Source: a virus. From it: a stretch of DNA of 64,000 bases. The notes under the pieces were generated by a model. That model had not been told where the DNA came from. It did no database searches and worked only from the letters and a program-made list of their open reading frames with translations. A program made the translations under genes and the position numbers. The stretch covers positions 1,650 to 65,649 of the IMG/VR virus record IMGVR_UViG_3300028024_000007. One strand, written 5' to 3'. Shown one piece after another: positions 1 through 8,312 of the stretch. The first letter of the stretch is position 1. Each line of letters starts with the position of its first letter.

Positions 1-62
1 TGAGCAAGGGCGGGTTCGTCGGGCGCCAGCGGAAGGCGATTGCGCAGCGGAACGCTGACTCC

Positions 63-341
63 ATGGCGCGCGCCGTGGAGCGCAACGTGGACGTCCCCCG
101 CGGCCGCCCCGTGAAGACCGGGGACGTGTCGGCCTACGCGCTCGGCGGGCACTCCAAGTGCCGCGGGACCGGCATGGTGGGCGCGGCGGAGGCGTGCTCC
201 TGCGCGACGAAGCGCTTCATGCGCGCGCACCCGGAGGTGATCGTCGTGCGGGAGGGCGACCTCCTCGGCGTATACTGGCCGCTGAAGGTGGCGGAGACCG
301 AGGCGAAAGACGGAGGTCCCGATGGCCAAGAAGGCGAGTGA
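63..341 (+). CDS. Hypothetical protein with Cys motif (frame is open back to the window start, so the true start is probably upstream)
   Basis: CRGTG..CSC motif; the frame is stop-free from position 3; stop overlaps the next gene. Confidence 0.6.
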   Translation: MARAVERNVDVPRGRPVKTGDVSAYALGGHSKCRGTGMVGAAEACSCATKRFMRAHPEVIVVREGDLLGVYWPLKVAETEAKDGGPDGQEGE

Positions 342-585
342 CCTGGGTCGGTGCTCACAGCGGCTCTGCCAGCAGAAGGCGACCGCGGCCTGCCAGTTCG
401 AGCTCCGCGGGCGGAGGGCCGGCGAGGCGTGCGGGCGCCCCTTCTGCGCGGACCACAAGGCGGGCAGGTTCTGCCTGCCGCACGGCAGGCTGGTGTACCT
501 GGAGCATATGGAGGGGATGGGGAAGGCGACCGGCGAGAGCCTCAACCGGATCGCCCGCGGGGTCCTCTCCGGTAACGCGGGATGA
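322..585 (+). CDS. Small Cys/His-rich zinc-finger-like protein
   Basis: CSQRLC, CQF, CGRPFCADH and CLPH motifs; ATGA coupling to the next ORF. Confidence 0.65.
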   Translation: MAKKASDLGRCSQRLCQQKATAACQFELRGRRAGEACGRPFCADHKAGRFCLPHGRLVYLEHMEGMGKATGESLNRIARGVLSGNAG

Positions 586-725
586 AGCGCCCGGTGGCGG
601 TCGTGTTCTGGGGAGCCGCCCTGGCGCTCTACGTGGCCGTGGGCTGGTTCGCGATGCGCGGCCCGGTGGAGCGGGCCGACCGCGCCGCCGCGCGCGCCAG
701 GGCGCAGCTGGAGGCCCGCCGGTGA
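582..725 (+). CDS. Small membrane protein (47 aa), not in the ORF track
   Basis: Hand translation MKRPVAVVFWGAALALYVAVGWFAMRG...; ATGA overlap at the 5' end and GTGA overlap at the 3' end. Confidence 0.6.
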   Translation: MKRPVAVVFWGAALALYVAVGWFAMRGPVERADRAAARARAQLEARR

Positions 726-1015
726 GGCACCGCGCCGTGGCGTTGGTCGAAGTGGCCTACGTGAACGGGCTCCAGTACGCGTCGGTCATGTTCCGGCTCG
801 AGTGCGGCCACTTCCACAACCCTCCCCTGATCGAGGTCCGGAACCTCCCGCTGGAGGTGTTCGCCCTGTCCGTCAGGGTCGCCGCCACCGGGTCGCTCCG
901 CGCGTGCCCCGAGTGCCCGGACGAGGTCCAGGTGACGAACGCATACCCGGTCCTGCCGCCGCCCCCGCCCGAGGCCCCGGGGACCATCCCCAAGACGACC
1001 AAGCGCCCGCTCTGA
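722..1015 (+). CDS. Hypothetical protein with LECGH...CPEC zinc-ribbon motif
   Basis: GTG at 722 overlaps the previous stop; this is the 3' part of track ORF 158..1015. Confidence 0.6.
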   Translation: MRHRAVALVEVAYVNGLQYASVMFRLECGHFHNPPLIEVRNLPLEVFALSVRVAATGSLRACPECPDEVQVTNAYPVLPPPPPEAPGTIPKTTKRPL

Positions 1016-1021
1016 TATCGT
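992..1021 (+). promoter_or_regulatory. Putative leaderless promoter of the muramidase gene
   Basis: AAGACG-N18-TATCGT, with ATG 7 nt later at 1029. Confidence 0.4.
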
Positions 1022-1028
1022 CAGGCCC

Positions 1029-1664
1029 ATGGCCGACGACGTCGACGTCTACATCGCAGACCTGGCGGACCCGTCCAAGGAGGGCCGCACCCGGTACGGC
1101 TACCGGGACAGCTCGTCCTCCGGGTGGTTCACCTACGCGATCGGGCAGAAGGCCGGCTCCTGGACGGAGGCCGCCACGGCGCCCTGGTGGAACTACACCG
1201 CCGGGCGCATGGCCGGCGCCGTCGAGGTGGCCAACGAGTTCAAGCGGGTGATGTCGCTCCCCCCGGGCCGCGCCGCCGCCTCGTACCAGAACCGCGGGGA
1301 GCCGGTCGTCGAGCTGCTGGACGAGGGGCCCGAGACGCTCGCCCGCCGCGCCCTGGAGCAGCGGTTCCTGCCGGCCCTGGCGGAGGTGTTCCCCGGGTTC
1401 GCGGCGCTCCCGCTGTGCGTCCGGCGCGCCCTGGTGGACATCGTCTGGAACGTCGGGCCCGGCCGCATCGCGACCTCGACCCAGACCGCCACCGGGATCC
1501 GCGCCTTCACGGTCCTCCGCCGCGAGCTCGCCGCCACCCCGCCGGACTGGGACCGCGTCGCGGCAGCCACGCACCGCCACGCGGACACGCCCCACGCCGA
1601 GGCGCGCAACGCCTGGGCGGCCGCCATGGTCCTGCAGGCCAAGGCGCCCGCCGCGGTCACGTGA
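1029..1664 (+). CDS. T4-lysozyme-like (GH24-type) muramidase; endolysin or virion lysin
   Basis: EGRTRYGYRDSSSSGWFTYAIG matches the E-x8-D-...-T catalytic arrangement. FPGFAALP..VRRALVDIVWNVG matches the conserved C-lobe helix motif. Confidence 0.7.
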   Translation: MADDVDVYIADLADPSKEGRTRYGYRDSSSSGWFTYAIGQKAGSWTEAATAPWWNYTAGRMAGAVEVANEFKRVMSLPPGRAAASYQNRGEPVVELLDEGPETLARRALEQRFLPALAEVFPGFAALPLCVRRALVDIVWNVGPGRIATSTQTATGIRAFTVLRRELAATPPDWDRVAAATHRHADTPHAEARNAWAAAMVLQAKAPAAVT

Positions 1665-1668
1665 CCCC

Positions 1669-2493
1669 GTGCCAGCCGTCGCCCTGGTAGACCCGGACCG
1701 CGTCGTCTGGGCCGCCCGCCAGAAGCTCCTCCTGGGCGCCAGGAACGACTTCCACAAGTTCGGCCCCGCCGTCGTCCGGAACGACCAGGGTGAGCCCATC
1801 CGCTACGCCCCCATCCACCTCTGGTGGATCGCCCACATCAACTATGCCTGGAGCCGCGGGAAGCACGCGGGGATCTTCGCCCCGTTCGGCCACGGCAAGA
1901 GCTCGGCGCTGTCCTGCCCGCTCCTGGCGTACCTGGTGGGCCACAACCCTCAGGAGCGCATCAAGATCGTCTGCGCCGGTGACAGCGCCGCCGCCCTCCG
2001 CATGCAGTCCGTGAAGCAGATCATGGAGTCGCCGCTCTACGGCCACGTGTTCCCGGAGGCGCGCCGGTCGAAGCGCGGCAAGTGGACCGACCACATGATG
2101 GTGGTCGAGCGGCGCGGGCACGCGATCGATCCGACGATCGAGGCGCGCGGCGTCCTGACGAAGGCCACCGGCGCTCGCGCCACGACCATCCTGTTCGACG
2201 ACATCGTGGACGCCGAGAACAGCACCACCCCGGAGAAGCGCGCCAAGAACACCCGGCTGACCGAGGTGCTCTGGATGTCCCGCCTCGAGCCCGGCGGGCG
2301 CGCCCTGGCGATCGCCACCCCGTGGGACCTGGAGGACACCTCCTACCAGCTCCGCGCGCGCCCCGACTTCTGCTGGCTCGAGCAGCGCGTGAAGGAGGAC
2401 CTGTCCGGCTACGAGCAGGACGCCCACAACGTGGGCCTGGACTACGCGGCCGAGTGCTCGCGCAACGTGGCCGAGATGCTGGCGGACCCGTAG
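1669..2493 (+). CDS. terL: Terminase large subunit, N-terminal ATPase domain only
   Basis: Walker A APFGHGKSS, Walker B ILFDDIVD, coupling motif IATPWDLED. The stop follows soon after, with no nuclease domain. Confidence 0.85.
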   Translation: MPAVALVDPDRVVWAARQKLLLGARNDFHKFGPAVVRNDQGEPIRYAPIHLWWIAHINYAWSRGKHAGIFAPFGHGKSSALSCPLLAYLVGHNPQERIKIVCAGDSAAALRMQSVKQIMESPLYGHVFPEARRSKRGKWTDHMMVVERRGHAIDPTIEARGVLTKATGARATTILFDDIVDAENSTTPEKRAKNTRLTEVLWMSRLEPGGRALAIATPWDLEDTSYQLRARPDFCWLEQRVKEDLSGYEQDAHNVGLDYAAECSRNVAEMLADP

Positions 2494-2516
2494 GGGCTCT
2501 GGCCAACATCCCCGGC

Positions 2517-2885
2517 ATGGAGAACGAACAAGAGACGTCGGCCGAGCGCGCGAAGCGCCTGTCCGACGAGGTGCAGAAGCTGGCCCCCGAGGTCGCCGCG
2601 GAGGCGGTCGCCGGCCTGGTGGGCGCCGTCATAACCTCCGCCGCCGGCCTGACGAAGGAGACCGAGCAGCACTTCCGCACGGCGGAGCGGCAGATGGACA
2701 CGGGGGCCGTCGTGTCCCTGATGGTCCAGGGCGCCCTCGCGGCAATCTGCGAGGGACACCCGGACGAGGACGTCCGCCACCGGCTCTACCGGGCCGGCCG
2801 GGCGATCGGCGACTTCATGACCGAGCGGTGGCGCTCCCAGATCGAGGAGAAGGTCGAGGCAGCGCACCGGGAGAACGCTTCGTGA
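2517..2885 (+). CDS. Hypothetical helical protein
   Basis: ATG 2517 in the frame of track ORF 2082..2885; GTGA coupling downstream. Confidence 0.65.
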   Translation: MENEQETSAERAKRLSDEVQKLAPEVAAEAVAGLVGAVITSAAGLTKETEQHFRTAERQMDTGAVVSLMVQGALAAICEGHPDEDVRHRLYRAGRAIGDFMTERWRSQIEEKVEAAHRENAS

Positions 2886-3448
2886 GCGGCAAGCCGTGCG
2901 ACGCCTGCGGTACTTACAACGACATGCACGACGGGCGCTTCCACGCGCTGTCCGATCGGGTGAAGAAGCTCGAGAACGTCTCCGTCAAGTACGAACCGCC
3001 GAGCGTCGTCGCGATGCCGCCGGGTACGTCGTTCACTCTCACGGGGAAGACGGAGCTGCCGGCGCTGAGGATGGTGATCGCTCCGAACAGGTTCCTCATC
3101 GCGACGGAGATCGAGGCGGAGCTGCTCCGCGCTCGCGAGCTCTACCCGGACAGCATCCGCCTCCCGGACGGAGTCGCTACCTGCCACGCGCGCGTGACGT
3201 ACCGGAGGATGGCGCAGGCGTGGTGCGAACGCGCGACGCGCGAGGGGATCCTCACGCACACCGACGTGTTCGACGAGGAGGTCTCGGAGGCGCTCGACGC
3301 GCGGTCGCTCGCTGACCTGCGCAAGGAGCTGATCCAGGTCGGAGCGATGACGGTGAAGTGGCTCGAGCACATCGACGAGCGCCTGGCGGCGGGCGAGGTG
3401 AACACCGCCGCGAACAAACAAGAACTGAAGGGAGGATCGAATGGGTGA
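2882..3448 (+). CDS. Protein with C-terminal MazG-like (all-alpha NTP pyrophosphatase) domain
   Basis: FDEEVSEALDA...LRKELIQVGAMTVKWLEHID resembles the EExxE...KELxQVAA motif of phage MazG-like proteins; N-terminal CDAC motif. Confidence 0.55.
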   Translation: MSGKPCDACGTYNDMHDGRFHALSDRVKKLENVSVKYEPPSVVAMPPGTSFTLTGKTELPALRMVIAPNRFLIATEIEAELLRARELYPDSIRLPDGVATCHARVTYRRMAQAWCERATREGILTHTDVFDEEVSEALDARSLADLRKELIQVGAMTVKWLEHIDERLAAGEVNTAANKQELKGGSNG

Positions 3449-3881
3449 AGACGTCGTCCGAGGCAAGAAGTACAAGAAGCAGCTCCGCGTGGAGATGACC
3501 GACAAGGAGATCGAGAAGAAGGGTCGGTCTGCCGGTCACCTCAAGAAGGAGTTCGACCAGATCAAGGCGAAGCAGAAGGCCGCCGCCGACATGTACAAGG
3601 AGGAGCTCGCGGAGGTGAAGACGAAGCTCGACGCCGTGCTCGCCGACCTCGAGGCAGGCGGTGACGAGCGCAACGTCGACTGCGTGGACGAGAAGGACTT
3701 CAAGCGCAACGTCGTGCGCACGATCCGCCTCGACACGAACGAGGTGGCGGAGACGCGCGCGCTCGCGGCGGAGGAGCGCCAGGAGATGATCGACGGCGCG
3801 GATGACGGTGAGGGGGCGCCCGCTGAAGAGGTCGCCGAGGAGAAGCCGAAGCGCAGCCGCAAGAAGAAGGCGGCGGAGTAA
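3441..3881 (+). CDS. Hypothetical coiled-coil protein
   Basis: Lys/Glu-rich heptads; RBS GGAGG upstream. Confidence 0.7.
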   Translation: MGEDVVRGKKYKKQLRVEMTDKEIEKKGRSAGHLKKEFDQIKAKQKAAADMYKEELAEVKTKLDAVLADLEAGGDERNVDCVDEKDFKRNVVRTIRLDTNEVAETRALAAEERQEMIDGADDGEGAPAEEVAEEKPKRSRKKKAAE

Positions 3882-3887
3882 ACGAAG

Positions 3888-5006
3888 ATGGGCGACACCA
3901 GCATAGAGTGGACGGACTGGTCCCAAAATGTTTTTCGCGCGCGCCTGAACGGGCGCACCGGTCACTACTGCGTGAAGGTGTCGCCTGGTTGCAAGAACTG
4001 TTACAGCTCGCGGCTCCAGCCGCGGTTCGGCCTGCCGCAGTTCCAGGAGCAGCGCGGGGAGGACGCGCCGGAGGTGTACCTCGACCCGAAGAAGCTCGGC
4101 GAGGTCCTGCGCCGGAAGAAGCCAACGAAGATCTTCTGGTGCGACATGACCGACATGTTCGGCGACTGGGTCCCGTTCGAGTGGGTCGCCGCGTGCTTCG
4201 GGGTGATGGCCGCGACGCCTCAGCACACGCACCAGGTCCTCACCAAGCGCCCTGACCGCGCGCTTGAGTTCTTCCGGTGGCTCGGGGGGATGGTCGGCGC
4301 GGACGTCAGGACCGGCCTGAAGCTCGTCGCCCCGGCGGAACCGGTGATGGGCTGCTTCATGCAGGCGAGCCGGGTGCTGGTCGACCTGCCTGGCCAAGCC
4401 GCGCTGCTCGTGGCCTGGCAGAAGCCAGTCGCGTGGCCACTCCCGAACGTGCACCTGGGGGTCAGCTGCGAGGACCGGCGCCGCGCCGACGAACGGATCC
4501 CGCTGCTCCTGAGCTGCCCGGCCGCCGTACGGTGGGTGAGCGCGGAGCCTCTCTTGGAGTCGATCGACTTCCAGCGGATCCCGGCGAACCACGCGGGAGC
4601 GCAGTGGGACATGGTCGAGGCGCTGACGGGGAAGGAGTACTCGGACGAGGAGCTGTTCCCGCTGGATGACAAGGAGGATCGCCCGGTCGCGCCGCGCATC
4701 GACTGGGTCGTCGTCGGAGGCGAGAGCGGGCAACGCGCGCGCCCCTGTGACATCGGGTGGATCGGGGACATCGTCGACCAATGCCGGGACGCCGGCGTCC
4801 CGGTGTTCGTGAAGCAGCTGGGGAAGCGCCCGGTCGACGGGTCCGTCCCGGTCAGGGTGGACTCGGTCATCGAGCCCGGGTTCGCCATGGCCGGCGGAGG
4901 GAGCGCCCCTGTGGCCTACCCGATCCGCAGCACGAAGGGCGGTGACCCGGAGGAGTGGCCGGCGGAGTTGTGCGTCCGAATGATGCCCGGGGAAGCCTGG
5001 GAATAG
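3888..5006 (+). CDS. Phage Gp37/Gp68 (DUF5131) family, radical-SAM-like protein
   Basis: TSIEWTD, CVKVSPGCKNCY, DMTDMF, QVLTKRP, LGVSCED, SAEPLL, WVVVGGESG..ARP and VFVKQLG motifs. Confidence 0.9.
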   Translation: MGDTSIEWTDWSQNVFRARLNGRTGHYCVKVSPGCKNCYSSRLQPRFGLPQFQEQRGEDAPEVYLDPKKLGEVLRRKKPTKIFWCDMTDMFGDWVPFEWVAACFGVMAATPQHTHQVLTKRPDRALEFFRWLGGMVGADVRTGLKLVAPAEPVMGCFMQASRVLVDLPGQAALLVAWQKPVAWPLPNVHLGVSCEDRRRADERIPLLLSCPAAVRWVSAEPLLESIDFQRIPANHAGAQWDMVEALTGKEYSDEELFPLDDKEDRPVAPRIDWVVVGGESGQRARPCDIGWIGDIVDQCRDAGVPVFVKQLGKRPVDGSVPVRVDSVIEPGFAMAGGGSAPVAYPIRSTKGGDPEEWPAELCVRMMPGEAWE

Positions 5007-5024
5007 CCGTCGGACGATTCCCGT

Positions 5025-5053
5025 TTGCGTTCTAGTTTTAATTACGGTAGTAT
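5025..5053 (+). promoter_or_regulatory. Strong sigma70-type promoter in an AT-rich island (probably early, leaderless)
   Basis: TTGCGT-N17-TAGTAT within an unusually AT-rich stretch; ATG 7 nt downstream at 5061. Confidence 0.7.
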
Positions 5054-5060
5054 CTAGGTC

Positions 5061-5258
5061 ATGGAAACGACGACGGAACGGAAGGTGCCCCGCCTCGCCC
5101 CCCTGGCCTTGCAGCCGGCGACTGACATCTGGTCGCACCTGGCGGCCATGGTGGTCCACTCCTCGGCCTCCACCCCCACGGTCGAGTTCGAAGACGAGCC
5201 GACCGTGACGTACGGCGAACCGGTCACGGTGGTCGAGCGCCGGGTGGTGCGGTTGTGA
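5061..5258 (+). CDS. Hypothetical protein
   Basis: Follows the promoter directly; GTGA coupling to the next ORF. Confidence 0.55.
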   Translation: METTTERKVPRLAPLALQPATDIWSHLAAMVVHSSASTPTVEFEDEPTVTYGEPVTVVERRVVRL

Positions 5259-6055
5259 ACCCCGGTATCCTGGTCCACACTGCGAAGCGGACTATCGCCG
5301 CTCGCTGCCAGCGCAGCGGGTCTCCGTGGCTAGCGCTAGAGGTGTCCCGGTACCGGAGGCGTGACGGGTGGGCCTATGCCACCGCCCGTGACCTACCTGG
5401 GGAGCGCGTGGTCGTGGTGTCCGGACCCGGTCACGTGGTGGGCCAGCCGCACTTCGACCTCCCCCTGTACGAAGCCCTGGTGAAGGCTCGATCGTCATCG
5501 GGGACGTCTCTTCCGGAGATGCCGCGCGACCCGTCTGACGGCGTCGATGGCGGCGGGTTGTCTGATGGTCCGGACGCGCTCCCGTGTGGGCACGCCGGCC
5601 CGGCGGTCGATGGGTGGTGCCCCCGGTGCGCCGCCCTGACCGGGGACGCCGAGGACGTCGCCGGCGCCGCCGCCGAGCTGCTCCGCGCGGGGCGCCTCTC
5701 CGGCCGCCTGGCGGAGGTGGCCTTCTACGACCCGCCGGGCCGGGCCGCCATGTACGCCGAGCACGAGTGGCAGGTCCGCGCCCGCCGGACCGGGGCCGTG
5801 GTCCTGGCGCACGACGCGTTCGAGGCGGCCCGGTGGTTCGTCCGGATCGAGAGCGGCCACCCGGGGTTCCGCCTCCCCCACGGCTCCTGCTTCCGGATGG
5901 CTAGTGACCTGGTCAAGGCGGAGCTCGCTTACAACCGCTGGTGCCGCAGCGAGCGGGCGGCGTACCTGTCAGCCGTGACCGACATCCACCGCGAGCGCCT
6001 GGCCCGCGCCCGGTCCGAGTTCCTCGGCCGGCTCGGCGCCCGCCCGCTGCCGTAG
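5255..6055 (+). CDS. Hypothetical protein
   Basis: Coupled ORF with a CGH..CPRC motif. Confidence 0.55.
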   Translation: MNPGILVHTAKRTIAARCQRSGSPWLALEVSRYRRRDGWAYATARDLPGERVVVVSGPGHVVGQPHFDLPLYEALVKARSSSGTSLPEMPRDPSDGVDGGGLSDGPDALPCGHAGPAVDGWCPRCAALTGDAEDVAGAAAELLRAGRLSGRLAEVAFYDPPGRAAMYAEHEWQVRARRTGAVVLAHDAFEAARWFVRIESGHPGFRLPHGSCFRMASDLVKAELAYNRWCRSERAAYLSAVTDIHRERLARARSEFLGRLGARPLP

Positions 6056-6114
6056 GATCTGCCGGGACGGCGCCGCCCGCGCTGCGCCCGGCCAACAACC
6101 CAGGAGGAGACCCC

Positions 6115-6639
6115 ATGCGAGAGAACAACCGAGCCCTGAACTTGATGTGCGCCGCCGTCGTCCTGGCGGCCTCCGGCTACGCCTTCGCCAGCGACCCAAT
6201 ACCCTACTTCCGCCCTGACCCGAAGCCGGTCATGTACGGCCCCGACCTGCCGGACCCGATGGCCACGGAGTGCTCGGCCAGGGACGCCGCCTGCATCCGC
6301 GGGCACGACTACCGGCTCCTGTCGACCGCGCTCAAGGTCCACGACCGCGCCCTGTGCTTCAAGGCCACGGACGAGGCCCGGTGCCTGGCGGTCTACGACA
6401 TGGTCGAGGGCGACGTGGTCATCCCGCTCAACCCCGTCCTGGCGGATCCCTGCGCGCAGGTCCTCCTGGTGGACGGCGGACGGGCGAAGGTCAGCTCGTC
6501 GAAGCTCGGCGTCGTCCGGTGGGTGCTGAACCGCGGATACAAGGCCGGGACGCACGTGGGCAACTGCCAGACCCAGGCCGCGCTCGAAGTGAAGGTCCCG
6601 CTGCCGGAGTGGAAGCCGATGCCCCGGAGCGCGCCGTGA
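6115..6639 (+). CDS. Predicted exported protein with signal peptide and paired Cys
   Basis: RBS AGGAGG; N-terminus MRENNRALNLMCAAVVLAASGYAFA. Confidence 0.65.
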   Translation: MRENNRALNLMCAAVVLAASGYAFASDPIPYFRPDPKPVMYGPDLPDPMATECSARDAACIRGHDYRLLSTALKVHDRALCFKATDEARCLAVYDMVEGDVVIPLNPVLADPCAQVLLVDGGRAKVSSSKLGVVRWVLNRGYKAGTHVGNCQTQAALEVKVPLPEWKPMPRSAP

Positions 6640-6902
6640 GCGACCCGGCAGAGATGTGGGTCCTCGAGTCGGACTGGGACGTGGAGAGCGGGTCTCCGCT
6701 GAACGTCGTCGACGTCGCAGGCCGCGTGGTGGCCCGGGTGGATCCGGCGTACCCGGAGGCCGCTGAGGTGGCGAGGCTGATCTCGGTCTCCCAGAAGCTG
6801 CGGGAGTTCGTCCAGGAGAGCCACTGGGTCACCAACGTGGACGTGCTGGGGCTGCTCCTGTGGATCCGCAAGGGGATCGCTCGAAAGGAGGCAAAGTCGT
6901 GA
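6636..6902 (+). CDS. Hypothetical protein
   Basis: GTGA-coupled at both ends. Confidence 0.55.
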   Translation: MSDPAEMWVLESDWDVESGSPLNVVDVAGRVVARVDPAYPEAAEVARLISVSQKLREFVQESHWVTNVDVLGLLLWIRKGIARKEAKS

Positions 6903-7366
6903 GCGACGAGCTGGGCTGGGAGGTGTCGAAGCTGCTGGCGCGCGCGGAGGCGCACGTGGAGGCGGAGGTCGGCGGGGGCCCTCCGCCTGCGCCCCCGGTG
7001 ACGGGGCTCGTCCCTGGCGACAAGGTGCTCTACCGCGGGGTCCTGATCCGCTGCGTGGAGATTCGCTGCCCGGAGACCGGTGCGCGCCGTCCTGCCTACG
7101 CCGGCTACCGCGGCGGGTACCACTGCTTCACCGCGCACGAGCAGGAGCTGGCCCGCCACCTCGCCGACGTCTCTCCGGAGGCGACCGCGTGCGTGAGCTA
7201 CGCCCACGACTACGAGTCCCTCGCCGCCTGGTGCGCCAAGCACGGGCTCGGGTGGGACTCGGCGACGGCCATGTACTTCTGCTCGGAGGGGGCGTCCCGG
7301 CTCATCGACGGCGACCCGGAGCGGTTCATGCGTCTGGTGCGCGCCCTAGCGGTGGGTGCAGCGTGA
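6899..7366 (+). CDS. Hypothetical protein
   Basis: GTG 6899 after RBS GGAGG. Confidence 0.6.
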   Translation: MSDELGWEVSKLLARAEAHVEAEVGGGPPPAPPVTGLVPGDKVLYRGVLIRCVEIRCPETGARRPAYAGYRGGYHCFTAHEQELARHLADVSPEATACVSYAHDYESLAAWCAKHGLGWDSATAMYFCSEGASRLIDGDPERFMRLVRALAVGAA

Positions 7367-8088
7367 TGCCGCCGACGGTCCGGTGGGCGCGCGTCACCGT
7401 CCCGGGGCTCGGCGACAGGGACGTCCTCTCGTTCGGATTCCGCCAGGACCTGGTCGACGCCGTGAAGATGGCTGCCCCGGGCCACGCGCGGAGGTGGGAC
7501 CCGATGGCGAAGATGTGGGTCGTCGACACTTCGTGGACGAACCTGGTGCTCGACAAGCTCAAGTCGCTCGGCGCGCGCATCGAGCCGGACAGGGGCCTCG
7601 CGAAGGTATTCGCGGCGCGAACGAAGGTGGACGCCGACGTCGAGGCGAAGGCGCGCGCGGCGGCCGATGGCGCCCCATGCAGCGGTCCAGCGGAGCCGCG
7701 GTGCACGTGCTCGAGCAACACGTCGATGGGTCCGAAGGACCACCGGCCGGGGTGCCCGTTCTTCATCCCGCCAAGGAAGTCGCCCTGGAGGGAGACGGTG
7801 TTCGAGGGTAGCTGGAAGGACTTCGAGCAGTTCATGCGGGGGGTGACGCCGGGGCGGGGGGCCGCGCGTCCGTCCCCGCCGCCGTCCCCATTCCGCCGCG
7901 GTATGCAGCCGTCCGAAGAAGACTACCGCGTCCTCGGCGTGGCGCAGTCGGCCGACCTGCAGGCGGTGAAGGCGGCGCACCGGCGCCTGGCGCTCGAGAA
8001 CCACCCGGACCGCGGCGGGGACACGCAGAAGCTGGCGCGGATCAACGTCGCCCGCGACCGCGTCGTCTTCGCGCTGGGGCAGCGATGA
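7366..8088 (+). CDS. HARP-like domain plus C-terminal DnaJ J-domain fusion
   Basis: C-terminus DYRVLGV..SAD...VKAAHRRLALENHPDRGG..QKLARINVARD has an intact HPD. N-terminus FGFRQDLVDAVKMAAPGHARRWDPMAKMWVV resembles a HARP motif. Confidence 0.8.
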   Translation: MPPTVRWARVTVPGLGDRDVLSFGFRQDLVDAVKMAAPGHARRWDPMAKMWVVDTSWTNLVLDKLKSLGARIEPDRGLAKVFAARTKVDADVEAKARAAADGAPCSGPAEPRCTCSSNTSMGPKDHRPGCPFFIPPRKSPWRETVFEGSWKDFEQFMRGVTPGRGAARPSPPPSPFRRGMQPSEEDYRVLGVAQSADLQAVKAAHRRLALENHPDRGGDTQKLARINVARDRVVFALGQR

Positions 8089-8312
8089 GCCGCCTCAATG
8101 AATTGCAGGAGGAACTTCGGCTTTTGCTGATGAAATACTCCGACGTCGTCATCGTCGCCTTCGCGCAAGAGTTCGACGTCGGGGAGCAGGTGACACACGG
8201 CCCCGTGAAGTACTTCGGGAACAGGGAAGGCTGCGAGGCGATCTTGAACGACGAGCTCCTGAAATTTATCTCTCGCCAGAATCGAACCAGGAAAATGCGG
8301 AGGAGGAATTGA
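8085..8312 (+). CDS. Hypothetical protein
   Basis: ATGA-coupled; lower-GC codons than its neighbours. Confidence 0.55.
   Translation: MSRLNELQEELRLLLMKYSDVVIVAFAQEFDVGEQVTHGPVKYFGNREGCEAILNDELLKFISRQNRTRKMRRRN

Noticed and set aside
158-721. 5' part of track ORF 158..1015 and similar over-extended ORFs (2082, 5941, 7189, 11163, 13118, 13627, 14370, 56356, 59410)
   Set aside because: The extensions overlap real upstream genes in another frame; starts were moved to coupled ATGA/GTGA sites or RBS-supported codons.
2400-2493. Split intein or intron explanation for the terminase break
   Set aside because: No intein block A (C-x-x-x-[GD]-T type) at the end of the N half and no His-Asn-Cys/Ser/Thr junction at the start of the C half. 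The HN dipeptides present are in the wrong context. No intron-like structure was seen, though this was not tested computationally.
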